From the NCBI GenBank assembly GCA_948468595.1, contig CAOKIU010000006.1:2527-66526 (forward strand): a stretch of 64,000 bases of DNA. Direction: 5' to 3'. This stretch comes from an uncultured Christensenella sp. (GTDB lineage: Bacteria; Bacillota; Clostridia; Christensenellales; UBA1750). Of this stretch, positions 1-9,407 are shown piece after piece (positions within the stretch are counted from its first letter, which is position 1; the number at the start of each line of letters is the position of its first letter). The translations under genes and the position numbers were made by a program. The notes below the pieces were generated by a model that searched no databases, had not been told where the DNA came from, and saw nothing but the letters and a program-made list of their open reading frames with translations.

Positions 1-2
1 TT

Positions 3-782
3 ATGGCGGCGGACGGGGCGCTCTTTGCCGGGAGCCGCAACGGGGCGGTCGGCGTGACGCGCTTTGACCCCAAGGGCGGGCCGCCCGAGACGGTGCTGAC
101 CAGCGAGAAGGAGATCGCGTGCTTCCTGGTGTGGGATGGGGATATCTACTACGCGCAGCAGGACCAGCCGTTCCCGGCGGGCGAGCTCACGCAGGGGAGC
201 GGCTACCGGCTGATGAAGCGGCCGCTGGACGCCCCGGACGCCCCGGCGGAGGCGATCTACGCGCGCGAAGGGCGGGGCTACATCGGCTGCTGCCAGCAGA
301 TCGGCGGCGCGCTGTACCTGACGGAATTTGCCCTGGGCGACGGCGGCGAGGAGATGAACATCGTGCGCGTGAGCCCGGAGGGCGGGGACGCGGCGGTGTT
401 CGCGCCGAACTGCGGCGGGCACTTCATCGCCCAGGTTGGGAAGCGCCTGGGCGTGGCGCGGCGCAACGGAGACGGCACCTGGACCGCCCTGCTGCTGGAT
501 CACGACGGCGGGAACGCCATCGAGGCGGAGACCACGCAAGCGCCCTGCCAGGTGGCGGGCGCGGGCGAGAACCTGCTGGTGGACAGCGGCATTTCCCTGC
601 CCGCCGGGGACCGCACGCTCACCGCCTACAGCGAGGCGGGCGAGCGGCTGGGGTCAATGGTAATTCCGGCGTCCTATTCGGCGATTTTGGGCGCGGATGA
701 AACAGGCGCCTACTACTGGGACGAGGCGATCGGGGCCGCGCCGCGCCTCATCCGGGTGGGGATTAAGGGCTTTGCGCCTTGA
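3..782 (+). CDS. hypothetical protein, C-terminal part (gene begins upstream of window); repeated aromatic-rich strands hint at a beta-propeller-like fold
   Basis: Frame open from window edge to TGA 780-782 with strong GC3 bias; family not recognised with certainty. Confidence 0.5.
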   Translation: MAADGALFAGSRNGAVGVTRFDPKGGPPETVLTSEKEIACFLVWDGDIYYAQQDQPFPAGELTQGSGYRLMKRPLDAPDAPAEAIYAREGRGYIGCCQQIGGALYLTEFALGDGGEEMNIVRVSPEGGDAAVFAPNCGGHFIAQVGKRLGVARRNGDGTWTALLLDHDGGNAIEAETTQAPCQVAGAGENLLVDSGISLPAGDRTLTAYSEAGERLGSMVIPASYSAILGADETGAYYWDEAIGAAPRLIRVGIKGFAP

Positions 783-843
783 CGGACGCCCGCCGGGGCT
801 TTACAGTGGAAGGCGGGAAGAAACCTTTGGACGGAGGAAAACG

Positions 844-1596
844 ATGGAGACGGAGTTTGTCAATCTGACGCCGGAAAACGTGGATCAGGAGCACCTGTGC
901 TGCATCATCCGCAGCAGGAAGCCCCACCCGGGGGTGGAGGCCAAGCGGCAGTGGCTCAAGGCGCGGCTGAAAGAGGGGCACGTGTTCCGCAAGCTGAAGG
1001 TCAAGGGCGTGGTGTTTGCCGAATACGCCCCGCTGGAAACGGCGTGGGTCCCGGTTGTGGGCGACAATTACCTCTATTTGTACTGCCTGTGGGTCGCGGG
1101 TGAATACAAGGGCAAGGGGTATGGCCGGGCGCTGATGGAGCACTGCCTTGCGGACGCCAGGGAGCAGGGGCGATCCGGCGTGTGCATGCTGGGTGCGGAC
1201 AGGCAGAAGGCGTGGCTGTCGGACCAAGCGTTTGCAAGGAAGTTCGGTTTTGTGACCGCGGACGAGACGGAGTATGGGTATCAACTGCTGGCGCGCTCCT
1301 TTGACGGCACGATGCCCCGTTTTGCGGAAACCGCGAAAAGGGGGAGGGTCGAGAACCAGGAGTTGACGGTGTACTACGACGTGCAGTGCCCCTTTGTGCC
1401 GCAGAGGGTGGATTGGATCAGGGGATTCTGCGCGGATCGGGGTGTGCCCGTCTCCTTAATTGCGGTGGACACGCTGGAAAAGGCCAAGGCGCTGCCCTGC
1501 GCGTTTAACAACTGGGCCGTGTTCTACAAGGGGAAGTTCCGGACGGTGAACCTGCTCGGGGACGCGGCCCAGCTGGAGCGGATGTTGAAAAAATAG
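844..1596 (+). CDS. GNAT N-acetyltransferase with YoaP-like C-terminal domain
   Basis: Start moved to ATG 844 (METEFVNLTPENVDQEHLCC...); YoaP-type N-terminus, GNAT core (WVAGEYKGKGYGRALM) and C-terminal YYDVQCPF motif. Confidence 0.7.
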   Translation: METEFVNLTPENVDQEHLCCIIRSRKPHPGVEAKRQWLKARLKEGHVFRKLKVKGVVFAEYAPLETAWVPVVGDNYLYLYCLWVAGEYKGKGYGRALMEHCLADAREQGRSGVCMLGADRQKAWLSDQAFARKFGFVTADETEYGYQLLARSFDGTMPRFAETAKRGRVENQELTVYYDVQCPFVPQRVDWIRGFCADRGVPVSLIAVDTLEKAKALPCAFNNWAVFYKGKFRTVNLLGDAAQLERMLKK

Positions 1597-1627
1597 GGCG
1601 GCGCGCGAGGAAAGAGGGGGGAGGAAG

Positions 1628-2143
1628 ATGAAGGACTGGACGGTGAAGCGGATGGCGGGGCTCGTCCTCATCCTGCTGCTGGCGGCGGCATACCGCCCGA
1701 TCGACACCTGGATCAAGCAAAACGCGGCCCCCTGGTCGCTGGTTTACTACGCGGCGCACTACAGCCTGATGGCGCTGGGGCTGGATTGGATGGGCGTGCT
1801 CCGGGCGCGCTGGCGGGCGGCCGCGTATCTGGCCGCCGCGCTCGGCGTGGGGGCGTATTTCCTGCTGATCGCCCTCAACTACGCGGGCACGGCGTATACG
1901 CAGATGCGGGGGCTGTACCCCGAGCCGCAGGGCGGCCTGCTCTTCGGCCTGTGCGTGGTTCTGGGCGTCAAGGGCGCGCTGAGGAGGGAGCGGATCACCG
2001 GGGAGGCACTGGTGGAGGCGCTGCCGCTGCTGGGCATGGTGCTGCTGGCCTGCCTTGGGCACTTCATCACCACCACGCACGCCATGATGGGCATCGGCAC
2101 CCACGCGGGCGGGGCGCTGAACCTGCTGCTGAAATTCTCCTGA
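1628..2143 (+). CDS. polytopic membrane protein, unknown function (frame continues past an in-frame TGA to 2383)
   Basis: SD-like GAGGGGGGAGGAAG before ATG 1628; hydrophobic helices; GC3 bias; see finding on TGA 2141-2143. Confidence 0.55.
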   Translation: MKDWTVKRMAGLVLILLLAAAYRPIDTWIKQNAAPWSLVYYAAHYSLMALGLDWMGVLRARWRAAAYLAAALGVGAYFLLIALNYAGTAYTQMRGLYPEPQGGLLFGLCVVLGVKGALRRERITGEALVEALPLLGMVLLACLGHFITTTHAMMGIGTHAGGALNLLLKFS

Positions 2144-2450
2144 CTCTGGTGCCTGTTCCTGATTCCCTTCCTGGGCAAGGACCGGTGGGGCGGCTGGGCG
2201 CTGCTGATCGCGGGGCTGTCCATGGCGGCGCTGCTGTGCGCGCTGCCCATGGCCGGCGCGGCCCGGGCAGGGGGCGCGCTGGGGTGGATCGACGGGATGT
2301 ACGGCGGCCACGGCGTCTTTTTCCTGATGCTGGGCGTCGGCGGGCTGTACTGCCTGATCCCCCGGCGGGAAAGCGTGGTTTAAAGGAGCGGAATCCTCGC
2401 TTATGCGCTGCATACGCGGGGTATTTTTATGCGGTTTAACCCAGAGAATC

Positions 2451-2479
2451 TTGACAAACAGGGCGGCGATGGGTATCAT
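2451..2479 (+). promoter_or_regulatory. sigma70/SigA-type promoter
   Basis: TTGACA (2451-2456), 17 nt spacer, TATCAT (2474-2479), about 80 nt upstream of ATG 2560. Confidence 0.55.
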
Positions 2480-2559
2480 ACTAGCTTAACAGAAACCATG
2501 CACAGGCAGGCATGAGGACTGTACGCAAACACGCAAGAAGTATGGTAGGAGGAAACAGT

Positions 2560-5091
2560 ATGAAACTCGCATTTTCCACAGTCGGCTGTCCCGACTTCCA
2601 GTGGTCGGACATCTACTCCATGGCGAAGGACCTTGGCTTTGACGGCATTGAGGTGCGCGGTCTGGGCAAGGAGATTTCCACCTTCAACATGCAGCCCTTC
2701 TCCCAGGGCGAGATCGACCAAACGGTCAAAAAGCTTGCGGAATTGCGACTATCCATTCCCTGCCTGTCCAGCGGCTGCGCGCTCAAGTTCGCAGATAAGA
2801 GAGAGGAAAACTTCAAGGAGCTGACCAATTACATCCACCTGGCCCAGCAGCTGGGCGCGCCCTATGTGCGGGTGATGGGCGACTGGGACGCGGCGCCCGG
2901 GGACGATGTGGACGACGAGATGGTGGCCGACCAGCTGCGCGCGCTCCTGCCCGAGGCGGAGAAGTGCGGCGTGACGCTGCTGGTGGAAACCAACGGCGCC
3001 TATGCGGATACCGCGCGCCTGCGCGACCTGCTCACCGGCCTTGCCTCCGACAGCGTGGGCGCGCTGTGGGATTTGCACCATCCCTACCGGTTTATGAACG
3101 AAACGCCCGAGCAGACGCTGCAAAACCTCGGGTATTACATCAAGCACGTGCACATCAAGGACTCGGTGATGAAGGACGGGAAGCTCACCTACAAGCTCAT
3201 GGGCGAGGGCGACCTGCCCATTGACGAGATGATGCTGGCGCTCAGATCCATCAACTACGAGGGCTTTGTCTCCCTGGAATGGGTCAGGTACTGGAGCCGC
3301 GATATGTACGACGCGGCCGTTGTGTTCCCGCAGTACATTCATTATATGGAGCCCTACATGGACAAACCCGTGGCCGAGCGCAAGCTCTACACCGCGCATA
3401 CCGGCCTTGGGCAGTACGTCTGGCCCCACAACAAGCTCATCGACCTGACCTTCCCGCAGGTGCTGGACCGCATGGTGCAGGAATTTCCCGATCAGATCTG
3501 CTTTGACTATTCGGAATTGGACTACAAGCGCACCTATTCCCAGTTTCGGGACGACGTGGATACCTTTGCCCGCGCGCTGATCGCCATGGGCGTAAAGCGG
3601 GGCGACCACGTGGCCATCTGGGCCACCAACGTGCCCGCCTGGTACATCACCTTCTGGGCCACAACGAAAATCGGCGCGGTGCTGGTGACGGTGAACACCG
3701 CCTACAAGATCCACGAGGCGGAGTACCTGCTGCGCCAGTCGGACACCCACACCCTGGTGATGACGGATGGATTCAAGGACTCCGACTATATCGGCATTGT
3801 TAACGAGCTCTGCCCCGAGCTCGCCGGCCACGACTGCCATACGCCGCTGCACGCCAGGCGCCTGCCCTTCCTGCGCAACGTCATCACCTGCCAAAGCAGC
3901 CAGCCCGGCTGCTACTCCTGGCAGCAGGCGCTGGATATGGCCGAGCGCGTGCCCCTTGCCGAGGTGCAGCTGCGCGCCCTCTCCATCGACAAGCACGATG
4001 TGTGCAACATGCAGTATACCTCCGGCACCACGGGCTTCCCCAAGGGCGTGATGCTGACGCACTACAACGTGGTCAACAACGGCAAGGCCATCGGCGACTG
4101 CATGGACCTTTCCACCGCGGACCGCATGATGATTCAGGTGCCCATGTTCCACTGCTTTGGCATGGTGCTGGCCATGACCGCGTCCATGACGCACGGCGCG
4201 GCCATGAGCCCCATCACCGCCTTCTCCCCCCGCAAGGGCTTAAAGTGCATCAACGAGAAGAAGATCACCGCCTTCCACGGCGTGCCCACCATGTTCATCG
4301 CCATGCTGGAGCATGCGGACTTCCCCACCACCGACTTTTCCCACATGCGCACCGGCATCATGGCGGGCAGCCCCTGCCCCATCAAGGTGATGCAGGACGT
4401 GGTGGACAAGATGAACATGAAGGAGATCTGCATCACCTACGGCCAGACCGAGGCCTCCCCCGCCACGACCATGTCCTCCATCTCCGACCCGCTGGAGGTG
4501 CGCGTCAACACCGTTGGCGGCGCGATCTTCGGGGTGGAATGCAAGGTGGTGGACCCCGAGACGGGCGAGGATCTCCCCGACGACGTGGACGGCGAGTTTG
4601 TGGCCCGCGGCTACAACATCATGAAGGGCTACTATAAGATGCCCACCGCCACCGCCGCCGCCATTGACAAGGACGGATGGCTGCACTCGGGCGACCTGGC
4701 CCGGCGCGACGCCAACGGCCGCTACAAGATCACCGGCCGCATCAAGGACATGATCATCCGCGGGGGCGAGAACATCTACCCCAAGGAGATCGAGGACTTC
4801 ATCTATACCCATCCCAAGGTCAAGGATGTGCAGGTCATCGGCGTGCCCTCCAAGGCCTACGGCGAGGAGATCATGGCCTGCGTCATCTTAAAGGACGGCG
4901 AGACCATGACCGAGGAGGAAATCATGGACTACGTGCGCACCCACATGGCCAAGCACAAGGTCCCGCGCTATGTGGACTTTGTCCAGGAGTTCCCCATGAA
5001 CGCCGCGGGCAAGATCCTCAAGTACAAAATGCGCGAAAACGCGGTGGAGAAGCTCTCCCTGCAAGCGGATAACGCCATTGAAACGGCCTGA
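2560..5091 (+). CDS. fusion protein: xylose-isomerase-like TIM-barrel (sugar phosphate isomerase/epimerase family) N-domain plus AMP-forming acyl-CoA ligase (ANL superfamily) C-domain
   Basis: AGGAGG 7 nt before ATG 2560. The N-terminal ~285 aa are paralogous to the stand-alone TIM-barrel protein at 13610-14416 (MKLxxSTxGCPDW/F...). The C-domain carries YTSGTTGFPKGV, YGQTE, GWLHSGD and GKILK ANL motifs. Confidence 0.8.
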   Translation: MKLAFSTVGCPDFQWSDIYSMAKDLGFDGIEVRGLGKEISTFNMQPFSQGEIDQTVKKLAELRLSIPCLSSGCALKFADKREENFKELTNYIHLAQQLGAPYVRVMGDWDAAPGDDVDDEMVADQLRALLPEAEKCGVTLLVETNGAYADTARLRDLLTGLASDSVGALWDLHHPYRFMNETPEQTLQNLGYYIKHVHIKDSVMKDGKLTYKLMGEGDLPIDEMMLALRSINYEGFVSLEWVRYWSRDMYDAAVVFPQYIHYMEPYMDKPVAERKLYTAHTGLGQYVWPHNKLIDLTFPQVLDRMVQEFPDQICFDYSELDYKRTYSQFRDDVDTFARALIAMGVKRGDHVAIWATNVPAWYITFWATTKIGAVLVTVNTAYKIHEAEYLLRQSDTHTLVMTDGFKDSDYIGIVNELCPELAGHDCHTPLHARRLPFLRNVITCQSSQPGCYSWQQALDMAERVPLAEVQLRALSIDKHDVCNMQYTSGTTGFPKGVMLTHYNVVNNGKAIGDCMDLSTADRMMIQVPMFHCFGMVLAMTASMTHGAAMSPITAFSPRKGLKCINEKKITAFHGVPTMFIAMLEHADFPTTDFSHMRTGIMAGSPCPIKVMQDVVDKMNMKEICITYGQTEASPATTMSSISDPLEVRVNTVGGAIFGVECKVVDPETGEDLPDDVDGEFVARGYNIMKGYYKMPTATAAAIDKDGWLHSGDLARRDANGRYKITGRIKDMIIRGGENIYPKEIEDFIYTHPKVKDVQVIGVPSKAYGEEIMACVILKDGETMTEEEIMDYVRTHMAKHKVPRYVDFVQEFPMNAAGKILKYKMRENAVEKLSLQADNAIETA

Positions 5092-5211
5092 CGCCGTTTA
5101 AACCGGCGATAAAAGGGTAATTACATCAGTAAGGCCCGGCAAGACGGGCAGGGGTTCTGACCTCAAGGCATTGGCCGAGGGGGAAGGCGCTGAAAAGGAG
5201 CGGGGAATTCT

Positions 5212-5251
5212 GCCCGCGCGCGCCTCTTCTTAGGCGCGCGCGGGCTTTTTT
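5212..5251 (+). terminator. rho-independent terminator-like hairpin
   Basis: GCCCGCGCGCGCC / GGCGCGCGCGGGC stem, 8-nt loop, then TTTTTT; lies 120 nt after the fusion gene and 30 nt before the next start. Confidence 0.7.
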
Positions 5252-5282
5252 CATGCAAAATCAGGGACAGGAGGCAACGATC

Positions 5283-5555
5283 ATGGAGGACAATTTGCGC
5301 GTGGCGCTGGTGAGCATCGTGGTGGAGGACCCCGAGGCCGCCGAGCGCATCAACACCGTGCTGCACGGCTACTCGCCCTATATCATCGGCCGCATGGGCA
5401 TTCCCTACCCCAAGCGGGGCATCGCGCTGATCAGCGTGGCCCTGGACGCGCCCGCAAACGTCATCTCCGCCCTGTCCGGGAAACTGGGCATGATTCCGGG
5501 CGTGAGCACCAAGACCATTTTTTCCAAGCTGGGCAAGGAGGCGCGGGAGGGCTGA
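5283..5555 (+). CDS. TM1266-family putative iron-only hydrogenase system regulator (small ACT/NikR-C-like protein)
   Basis: AGGAGG before ATG 5283; ~90 aa with the GRMGIPxxxxxxxxISV...SALxGKLGxIPGV pattern typical of the family; sits directly upstream of hydE-hydF. Confidence 0.75.
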   Translation: MEDNLRVALVSIVVEDPEAAERINTVLHGYSPYIIGRMGIPYPKRGIALISVALDAPANVISALSGKLGMIPGVSTKTIFSKLGKEAREG

Positions 5556-5602
5556 GGCCGCCGCGCCCGCGCGGGTTTTCACTGGATTTTAGGGAGGATG
5601 GC

Positions 5603-6652
5603 ATGAAGGAGATCATCGACCGATTGGCGCGCGACGGGGACGCCGCCGACGAGGAGCTTCGCGCCCTTATAAACGAGAGCACGGAGGAGGCGCGGCAGGC
5701 CCTCTTTGCCCGCGCGCGGGCGGTGCGCGACCAGCACTACGGCCGCCAGGCGTTCATCCGCGGGCTGATTGAGTTCACCAATTATTGCAAGAACAACTGC
5801 CTTTACTGCGGCATCCGGCGCGACAACCGGCAGGCGCAGCGCTACCGCATGACCAAGGAGGAGATCCTCGCCTGCTGCCGCGCGGGATACGAGCTCGGCT
5901 TTCGCACCTTCGTGCTCCAGGGCGGCGAGGACCCGTTTTTTACCGATGCGCGCATGGTGGAGATCGTGGCCGCCATCCGCGCGCGCTATCCCGATTGCGC
6001 CATCACGCTCTCGCTGGGCGAGCGCAGCAGGGAGAGCTACCAGCGCCTCTTCGATGCCGGCGCCAACCGCTATCTGCTCCGGCACGAAACGGCGGATGCG
6101 GACCATTACGCCCGGCTGCACCCCAGCCAGATGGTTTGGGCGCAGCGGGTGCGCTGCCTTGAGGACCTAAAGGCGATCGGCTACCAGACGGGCGCGGGGT
6201 TCATGGTGGGCTCGCCCTTTCAGGACACGGACTGCCTTGTCAAGGACCTGCGCTTTTTGCAGGCGCTGCGGCCGCAGATGGTGGGAATCGGGCCGTTCAT
6301 CCCCCATCACGACACGCCCTTTGCCGCGCATCCTGCGGGCAGCGCGGAAAGGACGCTGGTGTGTTTGGCCATCGTGCGCCTGATGCTGCCGCGCGTGCTG
6401 CTGCCCGCCACCACGGCCCTGAGCACGGTGGAGGCCGACGGCCGCATCAAGGGCATGGACGCGGGCTGCAACGTGATCATGCCCAACCTCTCCCCCCGGG
6501 ACCTTAGGGGAAAATACCTGCTCTACGACAACAAGGCCGCTGTCGGTTTGGAGGCCGCCGAGAGCGTGGAGGCGATCCGCCGCAGCCTTGAGGCGGCGGG
6601 GTATGAAATCGCCTGGGGCCGCGGGGATTACTTGAATGGAAAGAAGGGATAG
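5603..6652 (+). CDS. hydE: [FeFe]-hydrogenase H-cluster radical SAM maturase HydE
   Basis: CKNNCLYCGIRRDN radical-SAM CX3CX2C motif, biotin-synthase-like fold length (349 aa), followed by hydF. Confidence 0.85.
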   Translation: MKEIIDRLARDGDAADEELRALINESTEEARQALFARARAVRDQHYGRQAFIRGLIEFTNYCKNNCLYCGIRRDNRQAQRYRMTKEEILACCRAGYELGFRTFVLQGGEDPFFTDARMVEIVAAIRARYPDCAITLSLGERSRESYQRLFDAGANRYLLRHETADADHYARLHPSQMVWAQRVRCLEDLKAIGYQTGAGFMVGSPFQDTDCLVKDLRFLQALRPQMVGIGPFIPHHDTPFAAHPAGSAERTLVCLAIVRLMLPRVLLPATTALSTVEADGRIKGMDAGCNVIMPNLSPRDLRGKYLLYDNKAAVGLEAAESVEAIRRSLEAAGYEIAWGRGDYLNGKKG

Positions 6653-6655
6653 ACC

Positions 6656-7843
6656 ATGACCATGAATACAACGCCCTCGGGCAACCGGGTGCATATTGGG
6701 ATCTTTGGGCGCAGGAACGCGGGCAAGTCCAGCCTCATCAACGCGCTGACGGGACAGGACCTTGCCGTGGTTTCCGACGTGATGGGCACCACGACCGACC
6801 CGGTGAGCAAGGCCATGGAGATCAACCCCTTGGGCCCGGTGGTGCTCATTGACACCCCCGGCCTGGACGACGAGGGGGAGCTGGGCGAAAAGCGCGTGAA
6901 AAAGGCCATGCAGGTGCTCCGGAAGACGGACATTGCCCTGGTGGTGGTGGACGGGGAAAAGGGCGTAGGCCCGCAGGAGCGGGAGCTCCTGGACCGCATC
7001 GGCAAGATGGGCATCGCGCACCTGGTGGTGCGCAACAAGTGCGACGCGGGGGATGCGGGCCCTGCGCAGGACGGGAGCATAAAGGTCTCGGCCAAGACAG
7101 GGCGGGGCATTGACGCCCTGAAGGAGCGCATTGCCCATCTGACGCCCGAGCAGGGCGGGCGGCGCCTCATCGGCGATCTGCTCGCGCCGGGGGACCTGGT
7201 GGTGCTGGTGGTGCCCATTGACGCCGCCGCGCCGAAGGGCCGCCTCATCCTGCCCCAGCAGCAGGTCATCCGCGACGCGCTGGAGGCGGGCGCCGCCGCC
7301 GTGGTCACCCGGGATAGCGAGCTTGAGGGGACGCTCAAAAGCCTGGGCAGGAAGCCGCGCCTGGTCGTGACCGACAGCCAGGTTTTTGACAAGGCTGCCG
7401 CCGCCACGCCCCAGGACGTGCTGCTGACCTCCTTTTCCATCCTGATGGCGCGCTACAAGGGCTATTTGGATACCGCGCTGAGCGCCGTGACCGCCGCGGA
7501 GGACCTAAGGGACGGGGATGCCGTGCTCATTGCCGAGGGCTGCACGCACCACCGCCAGTGCGAGGACATCGGCACGGTGAAGATCCCCCGCTGGCTGCGC
7601 GAGCACAGCGGAAGGGACCTGCGCTTTGCCGTGAGCAGCGGCGCGGACTTCCCGGAGGATCTGACTCCCTATAAGCTGGTGGTGCACTGCGGCGGCTGCA
7701 TGCTGGGCGAGCGCGAGGTGCTCTACCGCATGGGCGAGGCCGCGCGCCAGGGCGTTCCCTTCCTCAATTACGGCGTGCTCATCGCCTGGATGCAGGGCAT
7801 TTTGCCGCGCGCCACGCAGGTCTTTGCCCGCGGCGGGAATTGA
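6656..7843 (+). CDS. hydF: [FeFe]-hydrogenase H-cluster maturation GTPase HydF
   Basis: P-loop GRRNAGKSSLINALTG, DTPG, NKCD GTPase motifs; C-terminal CTHH...HCGGC cluster-binding cysteines. Confidence 0.85.
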   Translation: MTMNTTPSGNRVHIGIFGRRNAGKSSLINALTGQDLAVVSDVMGTTTDPVSKAMEINPLGPVVLIDTPGLDDEGELGEKRVKKAMQVLRKTDIALVVVDGEKGVGPQERELLDRIGKMGIAHLVVRNKCDAGDAGPAQDGSIKVSAKTGRGIDALKERIAHLTPEQGGRRLIGDLLAPGDLVVLVVPIDAAAPKGRLILPQQQVIRDALEAGAAAVVTRDSELEGTLKSLGRKPRLVVTDSQVFDKAAAATPQDVLLTSFSILMARYKGYLDTALSAVTAAEDLRDGDAVLIAEGCTHHRQCEDIGTVKIPRWLREHSGRDLRFAVSSGADFPEDLTPYKLVVHCGGCMLGEREVLYRMGEAARQGVPFLNYGVLIAWMQGILPRATQVFARGGN

Positions 7844-7945
7844 CCTGCCCGGCGCAATTGCCGCTTCCTAATTTGCGCGGGATGGAGTATAATGGAGGGC
7901 ATAAAAAGGCGGCAAAGCCGAAAGAGCAGAAGGAGAAGTGATCCT

Positions 7946-9190
7946 ATGGACGCTTATGAAAATGCAAAGGCGAGGTACGAGGCGCTGGGCGTTGACGTGG
8001 ACGCCGCGCTGGAGGCGCTGGGAAAGAAGGCCGTCTCCATCCACTGCTGGCAGGGCGACGATGTGGGCGGCTTTGAAAACCTGGGCCAGGCGCTCTCCGG
8101 CGGCATCCAGGCCACGGGCAATTACCCCGGCAAGGCGCGCAGCCCGCAGGAGCTGATGGCCGACTTTGCGCAGGCCATCCGCCTCATCCCCGGCAAGAAG
8201 CGCATCAACCTGCACGCCAGCTATGCCGTGACCGGCGCGCAGGCGGTGGACCGCGACAAGCTGGAGGGCCGCCATTTTGATGCGTGGATTGACTTTGCCA
8301 AGGAAAACGACCTGGGCATCGACTTTAACCCCACGTTCTTTTCGCACCCGCTGGCCGCCGACACCCTGACGCTCTCCCACCCCAACGAGGAGATTCGCAT
8401 GTTCTGGGTGCGCCACGGCATCGCCTGCCGCCGCATCGCGGCCTACATCGCCAAGGCCCTGGGCCAGCCCGTGCTCTGCAACGTCTGGATTCCCGATGGC
8501 TACAAGGACGTTCCGGCCGACCGCCTGGGCCCGCGCCTGCGCCTGAAGGACAGCCTGGACTGCATCTTTGCCCAGCCCCTGGAAGGCGTGATCGACTGCG
8601 TGGAGAGCAAGGTCTTCGGCATCGGCGTGGAGGCCTATACCGTGGGCTCCTCCGAGTTTTACACGGCCTACGCCGCCAACCACAAGGGCGTGTATAACCT
8701 GCTGGACAACGGCCACTATCACCCCACCGAGATGGTCAGCGACAAGATGTCCTCGATGCTGGCCTTCTTCGACCTGTTGCCCCTGCACGTCACCCGCCCA
8801 GTGCGCTGGGACAGCGACCACGTGGTGCGCCTGGACGACGAGCTGAAGGAAATCGCCCTGGAGATCGTCCGCAACGACGCGCTGGACCGCGTGCTCATCG
8901 GCCTGGACTACTTTGACGCCTCCATCAACCGCGTCGCGGCCTGGGTCATCGGCACCCGCAACATGCAAAAGGCGCTGCTCTACGCCCTGCTTCAGCCGCA
9001 TCAGAAACTCAAGGAGCTCCAGGAGGCGGGCAGGTTTACCGAGCTGATGATGCGCCAGGAGGAGCTGAAGACCTATCCCTTTGGCGAGATCTGGGCGCAG
9101 TATTGCCGCACGATGGGCGTGCCGTCGGATGAGAAGTGGTTTGACCAGGTCCTGGCCTACGAGCGGGACGTGCTCTCGCTGAGAAAGTGA
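7946..9190 (+). CDS. rhaA: L-rhamnose isomerase
   Basis: AGGAGAAG before ATG 7946; N-terminal [16 protein letters not shown]...[14 protein letters not shown] signature and ~415 aa length. Confidence 0.85.
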   Translation: MDAYENAKARYEALGVDVDAALEALGKKAVSIHCWQGDDVGGFENLGQALSGGIQATGNYPGKARSPQELMADFAQAIRLIPGKKRINLHASYAVTGAQAVDRDKLEGRHFDAWIDFAKENDLGIDFNPTFFSHPLAADTLTLSHPNEEIRMFWVRHGIACRRIAAYIAKALGQPVLCNVWIPDGYKDVPADRLGPRLRLKDSLDCIFAQPLEGVIDCVESKVFGIGVEAYTVGSSEFYTAYAANHKGVYNLLDNGHYHPTEMVSDKMSSMLAFFDLLPLHVTRPVRWDSDHVVRLDDELKEIALEIVRNDALDRVLIGLDYFDASINRVAAWVIGTRNMQKALLYALLQPHQKLKELQEAGRFTELMMRQEELKTYPFGEIWAQYCRTMGVPSDEKWFDQVLAYERDVLSLRK

Positions 9191-9207
9191 TCCGGATTGA
9201 AAATGCG

Positions 9208-9245
9208 AAAGGCCCCCGCGGAACTTTGTTCTCTGCGGGGGCCTT
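9208..9245 (+). terminator. GC-rich terminator hairpin after rhaA (copy 1 of a duplicated module)
   Basis: AAAGGCCCCCGC...GCGGGGGCCTT stem; only a short T tract follows. Confidence 0.55.
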
Positions 9246-9343
9246 GGTCCGTGCCGTGGCCGCAGCCTCGCCCGCCGCGGAACCTCGGCCTTTGGCCTTA
9301 TGGTCCCCAAAATATGACGGGGTCGGTCCGGTTTTTGACGCGC

Positions 9344-9383
9344 AAAGGCCCCCGCGGAGCCAAAGCAGCCTGCGGGGGCCTTT
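9344..9383 (-). terminator. terminator hairpin after the minus-strand membrane gene (copy 2 of the duplicated module)
   Basis: AAAGGCCCCCGC...GCGGGGGCCTTT, 25 nt downstream of the stop at 9408. Confidence 0.55.
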
Positions 9384-9407
9384 GCGCGCGCCGGGGCGGT
9401 CGGCCCA

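Noticed and set aside
2141-2143. Selenocysteine or genome-wide TGA recoding at the in-frame TGA.
   Set aside because: I could not find a convincing SECIS-like hairpin immediately downstream. Many neighbouring genes terminate at TGA at the positions expected from homology (for example the fusion gene and leuA).
2749-4194. Long antisense or alternate-frame ORFs overlapping well-supported genes. Examples are 2749-4194(-), 8868-9310 region(-), 30436-32604(-), 35315-36742(-), 40062-41462(+), 45700-46983(+), 52518-53651(-), 54734-56602(-) and 1505-2479(-).
   Set aside because: These are typical high-GC shadow ORFs. Their translations are low-complexity and rich in Arg, Gly, Ala, His and Pro, with no motifs, and the opposite or alternate frame carries clear family signatures and the GC3 signal.
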